DNA from: an uncultured Bacteroidota bacterium | GTDB lineage: Bacteria; Bacteroidota; Bacteroidia; Bacteroidales; P3 | Assembly: GCA_902777005.1 (NCBI GenBank) | Contig: CACYSB010000003.1 | Coordinates: 10,614-74,613 of the forward strand | Direction of reading: 5' to 3' | DNA: 64,000 nt | In this document: positions 53,732 to 62,427 of the stretch, piece by piece | How the letters are laid out: each line of letters begins with the position of its first letter | Numbering within the stretch: the first letter of the stretch is position 1 | Made by a program: the position numbers and the translations under genes | Notes under the pieces: model-generated | What the model was told of the DNA's origin: nothing | Databases searched by the model: none | The model's input: the letters and a program-made list of their open reading frames with translations, nothing else

Positions 53732-55156
53732 TCAATCCCCATAGGAAGAAGCATCAAAGCAGTGCGTACAAATGCTCTCCTTTGGCAGGCCTATGGCCTC
53801 ACAGACATCAGCCACGGTGTTGAACTTTAGGGTGTCCACACCTACATGCTGACGTATAACCTCCACCATATCGGCATACTGTTTCGTATCTGCGTTCTGG
53901 TATAAAGCAAGCTGCTCTTTTGGAAGCCGAGCGGCGGGCGTGCCCTCAAGTTCCTCTATAACGCGACGTGTTATGAGTTCACGGTCGGTCTTGCTTTCAC
54001 TGAAATTGAGGAAAGTACAGCCATGCACCAGCGGAGGACAACTGATGCGCACATGCACTTTCTTGGCACCATAGTCGTAAAGCATCTTCACGTTGTCGCG
54101 GAGTTGCGTGCCACGCACTATCGAGTCGTCACAAAAGACCACCTCCTTGCCCTGAAGCACGGCACGGCTGGGGATGAGCTTCATCTTGGCCACCAGGAAA
54201 CGGTCGGCCTGGCTAACCGGCATAAAACTGCGGCTCCATGTGGGGGTGTACTTCAAGAGGCCACGCTTGTAAGGTATCTGGCGACCATTGCTGTAGCCCA
54301 GCGCCATACCGATACCACTGTCGGGTATGGGACTCACAAAGTCCGGAGTGATGTCATCGCGCTGACCCATAATGCGACCCAAATTATAGCGCACCTCTTC
54401 GGCATTGATACCCTCATATTCGGTGCAAGGATAGCCATAGTATATCCAGAGGAACGAGCATATCTGGTTCTTCTTCTCTGCCTGGCGCAATACCTTGATA
54501 CCGCCGTCCACAGTGACCTTTACAATCTCACCTGGACCCACGAAACGACAGGTCTCATAGCCGAGATTAATATACGAGTGACTCTCGCTGGCCACAGCAT
54601 AATCATTGCCCCTGCGGCCTATAACTATGGGGGTGCGGCCATAGCGATCACGGGCCGCAATAATGCCGTCAGGCGTCAATATCAGCATCGAACAACTACC
54701 TTTCACCCTATTGTACACATTCTCGATACCGTCCACAAAGTCCTTACCCTGAGAAATAAGCAGTGCGACAAGCTCCGTGGGGTTTGTCTTGCCGCGACTC
54801 AAGTCTGTGAACTGCTGGTGACGTTCCAGACAGTCCTGCTCCAGCTCATCGATGTTGTTAATCTTACTCACCGAGGTAATAGCGAAACGACCCAAGTGCG
54901 AATTCACCATCACCGGCTGCGCCTCGGTGTCACTGATGACACCGATACCCACATTACCTGTCATCTCACCCAAGTCCTTGGAAAACTTAGGGCGGAAATG
55001 CGAGTTCTGGATGTTGTGGATGTTCTGGTGTGCCTGACCATTATCAAATGTTGCCAGACCAGCACGTTTAGTGCCAAGGTGCGAATGATAATCTGTTCCG
55101 TAGAACAAATCGGAGATACAAGGGCGTTCACTTACTACGCCAAAGAAACCGCTCAT
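53732..55156 (-). CDS. amidophosphoribosyltransferase-like protein (class II GATase plus PRTase, MSGFFG variant)
   Basis: The PRPP loop is VVFCDDSIVRGTQL. The N-terminus lacks the usual Cys1 (MSGFFGV), as in the second Bacteroides paralog. Confidence 0.75.
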   Translation of the reverse strand: MSGFFGVVSERPCISDLFYGTDYHSHLGTKRAGLATFDNGQAHQNIHNIQNSHFRPKFSKDLGEMTGNVGIGVISDTEAQPVMVNSHLGRFAITSVSKINNIDELEQDCLERHQQFTDLSRGKTNPTELVALLISQGKDFVDGIENVYNRVKGSCSMLILTPDGIIAARDRYGRTPIVIGRRGNDYAVASESHSYINLGYETCRFVGPGEIVKVTVDGGIKVLRQAEKKNQICSFLWIYYGYPCTEYEGINAEEVRYNLGRIMGQRDDITPDFVSPIPDSGIGMALGYSNGRQIPYKRGLLKYTPTWSRSFMPVSQADRFLVAKMKLIPSRAVLQGKEVVFCDDSIVRGTQLRDNVKMLYDYGAKKVHVRISCPPLVHGCTFLNFSESKTDRELITRRVIEELEGTPAARLPKEQLALYQNADTKQYADMVEVIRQHVGVDTLKFNTVADVCEAIGLPKESICTHCFDASSYGD

Positions 55157-55306
55157 AATGCTTTTTGATTTTTTAATTATATTAGAATATATTGATAACG
55201 TTTACGTTGCCTATCCCAATAACATAATATTAAAGTGCAAAGATACACTTTTTCCTATTATCATTTATAAAAAGTTACCAACAAGATTTCACCGCACCGA
55301 CAACAG

Positions 55307-56155
55307 TCAGTATTTGAGGAATTCTGCGACCTCTCGCTCACTAATATTGCGATAGTGGTAGGTAGCCTGTGGCTCACCGTCAGCTATCAGCATTATCAGC
55401 GGCCTGTTGCCATATGTAATGCCCATAAAGCGTTCGTTACCTATGTCGGCAGGCTCCAGATATACTATATCCGTGGTGTCGAGATTATGCCTTTTAGCAA
55501 TTGAACCAATCTTCTCGCGACTCATGCGGCAGTAGGGACATCCGGGAGTGACAAAAGCCACTAATTTGTGTCCTTCAGAAAGTTGACGTTCATCGAGGGT
55601 CTCGTGCAGCAAAGCCTTGTCATAGAGCATATCTTCGTCGCCAAACATCCAGCTGTCTGGCACAGATATGGTGAAAACCGCCACTAGCACAGCCACCACC
55701 AGTCCAGCAGTAATCAACACTTTTTTTCTGTTCGTAAGGCATCCACGGTCTTCACCATTATTTACCAGTCGCATATACAACAGCACCAATACTATAAGCA
55801 CTGCGTTCTTCAGCAGCGACACCGCCGGAGACATATCGGCCAACCGACCCATGCACTGACACGAGTCCGTGCGTCCTATCAAAGCAGCGTAGCAGAGGAA
55901 GATGCTAAATAGCAGAAGCATCGCCATTGCAGCGAGATTAACCCACTTGCGCCACCAACCTATAGCGATGAGGACTCCCAGCAAAAACTCAGCAGCTATA
56001 CATATACGCGTGGCAATATATGTCAGCGTGAGCGGCATAAAACCGAAAGAAAAGACGTAAAGTTCAAAGTCATCTATGGCCACAAGCTTGGCCACAGCAG
56101 ACAAAATAAACAGTGCGGCAAGCAAAACCCGCAATGCAATCCTACTTGCGGCCAT
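55307..56155 (-). CDS. MauE/DoxX-type membrane domain fused to a thioredoxin-fold (CxxC) domain
   Basis: LSAVAKLVAIDDFELYV is the MauE/DoxX-like N-terminal half. The C-terminal half has TPGCPYC. ATG at 56155. Confidence 0.65.
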   Translation of the reverse strand: MAASRIALRVLLAALFILSAVAKLVAIDDFELYVFSFGFMPLTLTYIATRICIAAEFLLGVLIAIGWWRKWVNLAAMAMLLLFSIFLCYAALIGRTDSCQCMGRLADMSPAVSLLKNAVLIVLVLLYMRLVNNGEDRGCLTNRKKVLITAGLVVAVLVAVFTISVPDSWMFGDEDMLYDKALLHETLDERQLSEGHKLVAFVTPGCPYCRMSREKIGSIAKRHNLDTTDIVYLEPADIGNERFMGITYGNRPLIMLIADGEPQATYHYRNISEREVAEFLKY

Positions 56156-56408
56156 ATTCACGACACGAGACCTTGTGAATATCAACACGTGTCAGCGAAT
56201 GCGTCGGTGGCGTAGAGTTACTGTCGGTGATATGTTTTTCCTCGGCAAGTTCGGTGATGCTTTCGCATTTCATGCCACCGTCGACATAGATGAAACGGAG
56301 CGTGTTGTCCTCTTCAACGTCGTTGTATACACACTTGCACTGGCGTTCCTTGTTGCAGGAAACAAGCATCAGCATCGCGGCGGAGACTATAAGCAATATC
56401 TTTTTCAT
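56142..56408 (-). CDS. small Cys-rich lipoprotein (paralog 1)
   Basis: MKKILLIVSAAMLMLVSC lipobox, then C-x5-C-x-C...C. Start at ATG 56408. Confidence 0.5.
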   Translation of the reverse strand: MKKILLIVSAAMLMLVSCNKERQCKCVYNDVEEDNTLRFIYVDGGMKCESITELAEEKHITDSNSTPPTHSLTRVDIHKVSCREYGRK

Positions 56409-56415
56409 GGCATTA

Positions 56416-56673
56416 CTATTCTTCAAAGATGGAGTCAATACGGAACTCATAGTCGGTACAAAGCAGCGGCTCAAGCCATATAGAGTCAAGCTCGTCGTGA
56501 GACTCATAGTACCTCAGCGATGTGCATTCGCCTTTGTCTATCTTGACAACACGCACGAGCGATGAACCCGCGCCTCGCACAATGCAGCGGCACGTTTTCT
56601 TTTTCGAACATCCCACTGCTGTCAGCAGCAGCACGACACCTGCCAGTATCAATATCTTGCGTTTCATAATCAT
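56416..56673 (-). CDS. small Cys-rich lipoprotein (paralog 2)
   Basis: LLLTAVGC lipobox with the same Cys spacing. ATGA overlap with the ftsK stop. Confidence 0.5.
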   Translation of the reverse strand: MIMKRKILILAGVVLLLTAVGCSKKKTCRCIVRGAGSSLVRVVKIDKGECTSLRYYESHDELDSIWLEPLLCTDYEFRIDSIFEE

Positions 56674-59237
56674 AATGATTTCAATAATTCTTCGAGGCTC
56701 ACCTCGTCGTGTATCAGCACGTCGCGTGGCTTCGAGCCGTTGCTTGGTCCCACAATGCCTGCGGCCTCCAACTGGTCTATTATGCGACCAGCACGGTTGT
56801 AGCCGAGCTGCAGCTTACGCTGCAAGAGGCTGGTGCTGCCGAACTGCGACGCAACCACCAAGCGGGCGGCATCATTAAAGAACTCGTCCTTGCTCTTGGC
56901 ATCAAACTCCTTGTTGGGTTCTTCATTCTCATCCAGATATTCCGGCAACTCGAAGCCGTCGGGATAGCCGCGTTGATCTCCTATATATTTGACCAACTTG
57001 TCAATCTCCGGTGTGTCTATCAAGGCACACTGCAGACGTATCATATCCTTGCCGGCCAACGAAATAAGCATATCGCCGCGGCCTATCAGTTGCTGTGCAC
57101 CACCGGTATCGAGGATGGTCTTGCTGTCGATGCCGCTGGTAACGCGGAAGGCCACACGCGCTGGGAAGTTGGCCTTGATGGTACCAGTGATGATGTTCGT
57201 CGTCGGACGCTGGGTGGCTATGATAAGGTGTATACCAACGGCGCGTGCCAGCTGTGCCAGACGCGCTATCGGCAATTCCACTTCCTTTCCGGCCGTCATG
57301 ATAAGGTCACCAAACTCATCTATAACCACCACTATGTACGGCAGGTAGCGGTGTCCGTTGGCCGGACTCAGCATCCGCTTGCAGAACTTGTCGTTGTATT
57401 CTGTTATCTTGCGCACCTTGGCCTGTTTCAGCAAGTCGTAGCGCGAATCCATCTCTATGCAGAGGCTGTTGAGCGTGCGCACCACCTTCTTGACGTCGGT
57501 TATAACGGGCTCCTCGTCGCCAGGCATCTTGGCCAGATAATGGCGCTCCAACGCCGAGTAGAGGCTAAATTCAACCTTCTTGGGGTCAACAAGCACCAGC
57601 TTAAGCTCGCTGGGGTGCTTGGTGTAGAGCAGGCTCGCCAGCACGGCGTTCAGACCCACACTCTTACCGGTACCAGTGGCACCGGCCATCAGCAGATGCG
57701 GCATCTTGGCCAGGTCGGTGACGAAACATTCGTTGCTGATGGTCTTGCCGAAAGCCACAGGCAGCTCCATCTTCGCCTTAGCGTTCTGGAAGGCTTCGCT
57801 TTCGAGCATGGTCTTCATGGCCACTATCTGCGGCTTGGCGTTAGGCACCTCGATGCCGACGTTGCTCTCGCCAGGTATCGGGGCTATGATACGTATGCCG
57901 AGGGCGGCCAGCGAGAGGGCAATGTCATCCTCAAGATTCTTAATCTTGCTGATGCGCACACCTGGGGCAGGCTTAATCTTGTATAGGGTCACCGTAGGAC
58001 CCGGCGTAGCGGTAATCTCGGTAATCTCTATGCCGTAGTCGCGCAAGGTCTGCACGATACGGTCTTTGTTTGCCACGAGTTCTTCCTTGGAAACACGCAC
58101 ATTGGAAACCTCCCAGTCTTCCAGCAGTGCCGTCTCGGGCATCACATAGTCGCTCAGATCCAGATGCGGGTCGTAGGGCTCGTCGATACCGTAGTGGCGG
58201 CGATAGTCGTCGTCATCCAGTTCCTCGGGAGTCTCTTCTTCCTGAGGTTCCGGTTCCTGCAGGGCCTCGCCGCCGGTGGGCTCTTCTATCGTGAAACTCA
58301 CATCGCCGGATGTGGGCTCGCCGGTCTCAGGGACGCTGACATCAGCGTCGAGGGCAATCTCCGCCCCTTGCGCTCTGGCGTTGATGCGGGCGAACTCGTC
58401 GTCGATGCTGAAAGCGGGCTCTTCGTCCACCGGAAGCTCATCTTCGGGCTGAAGCTGCACCGGCTGGCGGAAAAGCTTAAGTGCCTCCTCCTCAAAATCG
58501 GCATCCACGCCCTCGTCTTCCTCTTGGCGGACGGCATCAACTGCCTCAGCCGACCGTTCACCTTTCACCTTTAACCTTTCACCTTCATCCTCAGTCGCCA
58601 CAGACTCAATCTCGTGCCCCACAACCTTAAGGCCCTTCACCATCTCTTCTTTCAACTTCTCACCAGTTTCCTTAATTTTCTCACCTTCCACTTTGGGCAG
58701 CTCAACCTTGTGCACGAGCACCAGGAACAGTACGGCCACAAACAGCAGGGCCACGAGCGTCCACCAGCTCATAAGCCTATGCAGAGGTTCGGCCATCTGC
58801 AGGCCTATGCCGGCGTAGCTCTCGAAGCCTGCGCTCTTGACCCACGCGCCGCCGATATAGCCCAAGGTAAGCGAACACCAAAGCATCCAGAAGACGGTGC
58901 TGCCGAAGGTCTTCCACCAAGGCATCACCACTACGTCCCACAGCCGCATGCCGTAGACGAAGAAGAGCAGCGAGAAGCCCAGGCTGCCGATGCCGAAAAG
59001 GTTGACGGCGAAGAATTCCGCCACCCCCTTGCCCAGCGAGCCGGCCCATCCGCCGCGCGCGTCAGTGACATAGTAGCCCGTCATGGCCACAACAAGGAAG
59101 ACGGAGAATAGCACGTAGAACGCCCCACGGATATGGGCGAAACGCTTGCTGCGCAGGAACGCCACGAAAGCTGCCGCACGGCTCTTGCCTGCGGCGCCCT
59201 TGCCTTTGGCTGTCGTTTTCTTTTTACCCTTGCCCAC
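56670..59237 (-). CDS. ftsK: DNA translocase FtsK
   Basis: N-terminal TM segments. Walker A is AGATGTGKSV and Walker B is VVVIDEFGDL. The gamma domain is SLLQRKLQLGYNRAGRIIDQLE. GTG start. Confidence 0.9.
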   Translation of the reverse strand: MGKGKKKTTAKGKGAAGKSRAAAFVAFLRSKRFAHIRGAFYVLFSVFLVVAMTGYYVTDARGGWAGSLGKGVAEFFAVNLFGIGSLGFSLLFFVYGMRLWDVVVMPWWKTFGSTVFWMLWCSLTLGYIGGAWVKSAGFESYAGIGLQMAEPLHRLMSWWTLVALLFVAVLFLVLVHKVELPKVEGEKIKETGEKLKEEMVKGLKVVGHEIESVATEDEGERLKVKGERSAEAVDAVRQEEDEGVDADFEEEALKLFRQPVQLQPEDELPVDEEPAFSIDDEFARINARAQGAEIALDADVSVPETGEPTSGDVSFTIEEPTGGEALQEPEPQEEETPEELDDDDYRRHYGIDEPYDPHLDLSDYVMPETALLEDWEVSNVRVSKEELVANKDRIVQTLRDYGIEITEITATPGPTVTLYKIKPAPGVRISKIKNLEDDIALSLAALGIRIIAPIPGESNVGIEVPNAKPQIVAMKTMLESEAFQNAKAKMELPVAFGKTISNECFVTDLAKMPHLLMAGATGTGKSVGLNAVLASLLYTKHPSELKLVLVDPKKVEFSLYSALERHYLAKMPGDEEPVITDVKKVVRTLNSLCIEMDSRYDLLKQAKVRKITEYNDKFCKRMLSPANGHRYLPYIVVVIDEFGDLIMTAGKEVELPIARLAQLARAVGIHLIIATQRPTTNIITGTIKANFPARVAFRVTSGIDSKTILDTGGAQQLIGRGDMLISLAGKDMIRLQCALIDTPEIDKLVKYIGDQRGYPDGFELPEYLDENEEPNKEFDAKSKDEFFNDAARLVVASQFGSTSLLQRKLQLGYNRAGRIIDQLEAAGIVGPSNGSKPRDVLIHDEVSLEELLKSL

Positions 59238-59275
59238 TTAACGTATCACTTAACGCTTCACACTTAACTCTCCCA

Positions 59276-60028
59276 CTACTCTTCCTGCAGCAGCTCAAGC
59301 TCTTCCTGCAGCTGGGTGCCGAGGGTCTCGAGTTCCTCCTCGCTGAGGGTGTCGTAGCCGTCGGGCAACAGGAAGTCGGCTTCCTTGACCTTGCCCTTCA
59401 CCACCTCGGTGGCGGTGTAGGTGATGGCTTTGCCTTCACCGGCATCGACAGTGCACTGCAGGGGCATACCCTTGATGCCGTTGAAGAGGATGTTGATGCG
59501 CGGGCCTATTTCGTCGCTTATCCACATCTCTGTCGGATGGTCGGTGCCCTCCTCGTCGTAGCGGTGCTGTATGAGCTTCTTGGCTGTCACGCCGGCGATT
59601 TCCTTGGTCTCACTGGTGTACTCGAAGTAGAAATGGCCGGGCTCTGTGTCGACAATCTCGAGGCTGTCGAAGGCGCTGGCCTCCACTGTGTTCTTGATAA
59701 TCAGCTTGCCGTCGCCCTGATAGTCGAACTCCGAGCCCTGGTTGCGGAGGTAGCTCAGCAGCATGCCGTAGTTCTCGCAGCGGGTCATGGTGAGGTTCTG
59801 CACGAGCACGCACTCCGAGAAGGGTGACTGGAAAAAGATGGCGCTCTTGGTGTACATGTCGTTGCCAGAGACCTTGATCTCGGCAGTGGCGGCCTCTTCG
59901 GGAATCTGCATGGCCACCTGGCCGGTGGATTCCACCTTGTACTTCACAATGCCCTTAAAGCTGTTCTGGGCACTCAACATACTGGCAGTCATAAGCACTG
60001 CGGCAGCGATAGCAAAGATTTTCTTCAT
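59276..60028 (-). CDS. secreted hypothetical protein
   Basis: Signal peptide MKKIFAIAAAVLMTASMLSAQ. Lies upstream of ftsK. Confidence 0.6.
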   Translation of the reverse strand: MKKIFAIAAAVLMTASMLSAQNSFKGIVKYKVESTGQVAMQIPEEAATAEIKVSGNDMYTKSAIFFQSPFSECVLVQNLTMTRCENYGMLLSYLRNQGSEFDYQGDGKLIIKNTVEASAFDSLEIVDTEPGHFYFEYTSETKEIAGVTAKKLIQHRYDEEGTDHPTEMWISDEIGPRINILFNGIKGMPLQCTVDAGEGKAITYTATEVVKGKVKEADFLLPDGYDTLSEEELETLGTQLQEELELLQEE

Positions 60029-60126
60029 CTTATATACTCTTTTTTAAATATTATCAATTATGACAATAACACCGCCCTGCCGTTTTTATTGTGTGAACGA
60101 CACATTTTTTTTACGCCTTTCATTAT

Positions 60127-60248
60127 CCTCTCCCACTCCGCACCGTCATTCCTCCGTCCGTATAACGGTTGTTTACCGGTTGTTTAGCGATTAAAATCGG
60201 AGAACAACCGGTAAACAACCGGTGAACTATCGGAGAGGGGACTGAGGG
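60127..60248 (+). repeat. CTCCG/CGGAG palindromic element, copy 4
   Basis: Perfect 19-bp inverted repeat CGGTTGTTTACCGGTTGTT (60166-60184) / AACAACCGGTAAACAACCG (60203-60221). CTCCG words lie on the left and CGGAGAGGGG on the right. Confidence 0.8.
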
Positions 60249-60354
60249 ATTGCGAAGTACCACCGGCATTACAGTGAAGCGGGGTGGATTGACTGGTTCT
60301 GTATCATTCCGGCAGGTCTTTTTAAGCTTTTTTTTGTACATTTTATAAAAAGTC

Positions 60355-60362
60355 GTATCTTT
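60355..60362 (+). promoter_or_regulatory. -7 promoter box (TATCTTTG) for the HDIG gene
   Basis: TAnnTTTG match 22 nt upstream of the ATG at 60384. Confidence 0.5.
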
Positions 60363-60383
60363 GCAAATTGTAACATTGACGCC

Positions 60384-62369
60384 ATGAGCAATATATTAAC
60401 CTCTACGGTAAAGCGTTTACCGTTGCTATACAAGGTGTTGGCGATGCTGATCACGGCAGCCGCCATCGTGGTCATCTTCCCGCATACGCGCCACGGTGTG
60501 CACTACGACTACAAGGTTGGAGCAGTGTGGCGCGGAGCCGACCTGGTGGCTCCGTACGATTTCGCGGTGCTGAAATCGGCCGACGAGATACGCGACCAGG
60601 AGGAGATCGAGCGGCAGCGCGCGATACTGTACTACAGGGTGGATTCCACAGCCCGCGAGACGGCTGTGAGGCGTCTGGATAAGACCCACAGGCATCTCGA
60701 CGGCACCGAGCGCCGCAGGTTGCGCCGCCAGATCGACAGCATCTACCGCATAGGCTACATAGCGCTGCCCGAGGGCTACACCGACATTCAGGGGCATGAG
60801 GTGGTGGTGCTACAGGGCAACGTGGGCAGCATGCACAGGGGCAGCGAGTATGTGAGTGCCGCCGACCTCGACGCGGGCCTGCTGCGCGACAGCCTGCTGG
60901 TGCCGAGCCTGGTGCCCGACGAAGCGCGCACGGCGCTGGAGCTTGAGAGCCGTCTGTCGCAGATAAGCTACAGCAGCCAGATGGTGATGGCGGGGGACCA
61001 CATTGTGAGTAAAGGCGAGGAGGTGAGCGAGGAGAAGGCTTTGGTAATACGCAGTCTGGAGGCGGAGAACGACCGCCGCTTCAGCGATTCGTTCAGCCTT
61101 GCCGGCCAGATGGCGGGCCAACTGCTGCTGGCGGTGATAGCCTTCGTGGCCCTGTACATGTTCCTGAAGAACACGAGGCATCCGATACTGGAGGATAACC
61201 GCAAGGTGACCTTCGTCATGCTGCTGATACTGCTGATGTCGGCCGTGGTGGCACTGGTGACGAGGGTGAACCCCGACTGGGTGCTGCTGGTGCCGCTGTG
61301 CATTGTGCCCATTCTGATGCGAGTCTTCTTCGACATGCGGGTAGCGCTCTACATACACCTGACGACGGTGATAATACTGGCCAACCTGGTGCCTAACTCG
61401 TTTGAGTTCATCTTCTACCAGCTGATAACGGGCATGATGAGCATAATAGCGGTGAGGGACTTGGAACGCCGCAGCCAGTTTTTCATATTGGCACTGGTGA
61501 TATTCCTCAGCTACTCGTTCATATACACGGCCGGCGTGCTCAGCCAGGACACTAACCTGCATGCGCTTACGCTGAACCGCTACCTGATGTTCTTCCTGAA
61601 CGCGATATTGACTTTGCTGGCCTACCCGCTGATATATCTCTTCGAGAAGTTCTTCGGCATCACGACCAACCTGACGCTGCTGGAACTTAGCAGCACGGGG
61701 CATCCGGCACTTCGCGAGCTTTCGCGCCGGGCGCCGGGCACTTTCCAACATTCGATGCAGGTGGCCAACATCACGGAGGACCTGATGGGCGACATAGGCG
61801 GCAACGCGCTGTTGGCGAAAGTGGGAGCCCTGTATCACGATATAGGCAAGACGCGCAACCCTTTCTACTTCACGGAGAATCAAAGCTCGGATTTCAACCC
61901 GCACGAGGAGCTGGACTATGCGGAGAGCGCACAGATAATCACCTCGCACGTCACCGACGGTCTTGAGCTGGCGCGCCACTACCACCTGCCAACGGAGGTG
62001 CAGGACTTCATTCGCACACACCACGGCACCACCTACACGGGCTACTTCTACGCCAAAGAACTGGAGCGCCACCCTGATGGGGACTTCGACGCGAGCCTGT
62101 TCCGCTACCCCGGACCGCGCCCCTACAGCCGCGAGACAGCGGTGGTGATGATTGTGGACACGGTTGAGGCTGCCTGCCGCAGCCTTAAGGTGCACAGTAA
62201 GGAGGCCACCGACAAGATGGTGGACCAGCTGATAGACGGCAAGATACAGGCCGGGCAGCTGGACAACTGCGACCTCACCTACGGCGACATTGCCCGCATC
62301 CGCCGGATGCTCAAAGAGAAGATGATGAGCATCTACCATGTGCGCGTCGAATACCCGACGGTGAAATAA
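60384..62369 (+). CDS. 7TM-HD (HDIG) membrane phosphohydrolase, PgpH-like
   Basis: Central 7TM block followed by an HD domain (HSMQVAN...LYHDIGK...RTHHGT). Confidence 0.85.
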   Translation: MSNILTSTVKRLPLLYKVLAMLITAAAIVVIFPHTRHGVHYDYKVGAVWRGADLVAPYDFAVLKSADEIRDQEEIERQRAILYYRVDSTARETAVRRLDKTHRHLDGTERRRLRRQIDSIYRIGYIALPEGYTDIQGHEVVVLQGNVGSMHRGSEYVSAADLDAGLLRDSLLVPSLVPDEARTALELESRLSQISYSSQMVMAGDHIVSKGEEVSEEKALVIRSLEAENDRRFSDSFSLAGQMAGQLLLAVIAFVALYMFLKNTRHPILEDNRKVTFVMLLILLMSAVVALVTRVNPDWVLLVPLCIVPILMRVFFDMRVALYIHLTTVIILANLVPNSFEFIFYQLITGMMSIIAVRDLERRSQFFILALVIFLSYSFIYTAGVLSQDTNLHALTLNRYLMFFLNAILTLLAYPLIYLFEKFFGITTNLTLLELSSTGHPALRELSRRAPGTFQHSMQVANITEDLMGDIGGNALLAKVGALYHDIGKTRNPFYFTENQSSDFNPHEELDYAESAQIITSHVTDGLELARHYHLPTEVQDFIRTHHGTTYTGYFYAKELERHPDGDFDASLFRYPGPRPYSRETAVVMIVDTVEAACRSLKVHSKEATDKMVDQLIDGKIQAGQLDNCDLTYGDIARIRRMLKEKMMSIYHVRVEYPTVK

Positions 62370-62370
62370 A

Positions 62371-62398
62371 GGTTACTGGTTACAGGTTACAGATTACA
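62371..62398 (+). repeat. heptanucleotide array GGTTACT GGTTACA GGTTACA GATTACA (reverse complement of the 40512 unit)
   Basis: Read directly. Starts 2 nt after the stop codon. Confidence 0.9.
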
Positions 62399-62427
62399 AA
62401 TTTATAGAATAGAAACAAACAGATAAT

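Noticed and set aside
54023-62339. Long opposite-strand ORFs 54023..55168, 56709..57986 and 60810..62339 (also 37215..38207 and 30919..32160 elsewhere)
   Set aside because: Each lies entirely within a well-supported gene on the other strand (purF-like, ftsK, HDIG, exonuclease, tsaD) and has antisense-type composition.
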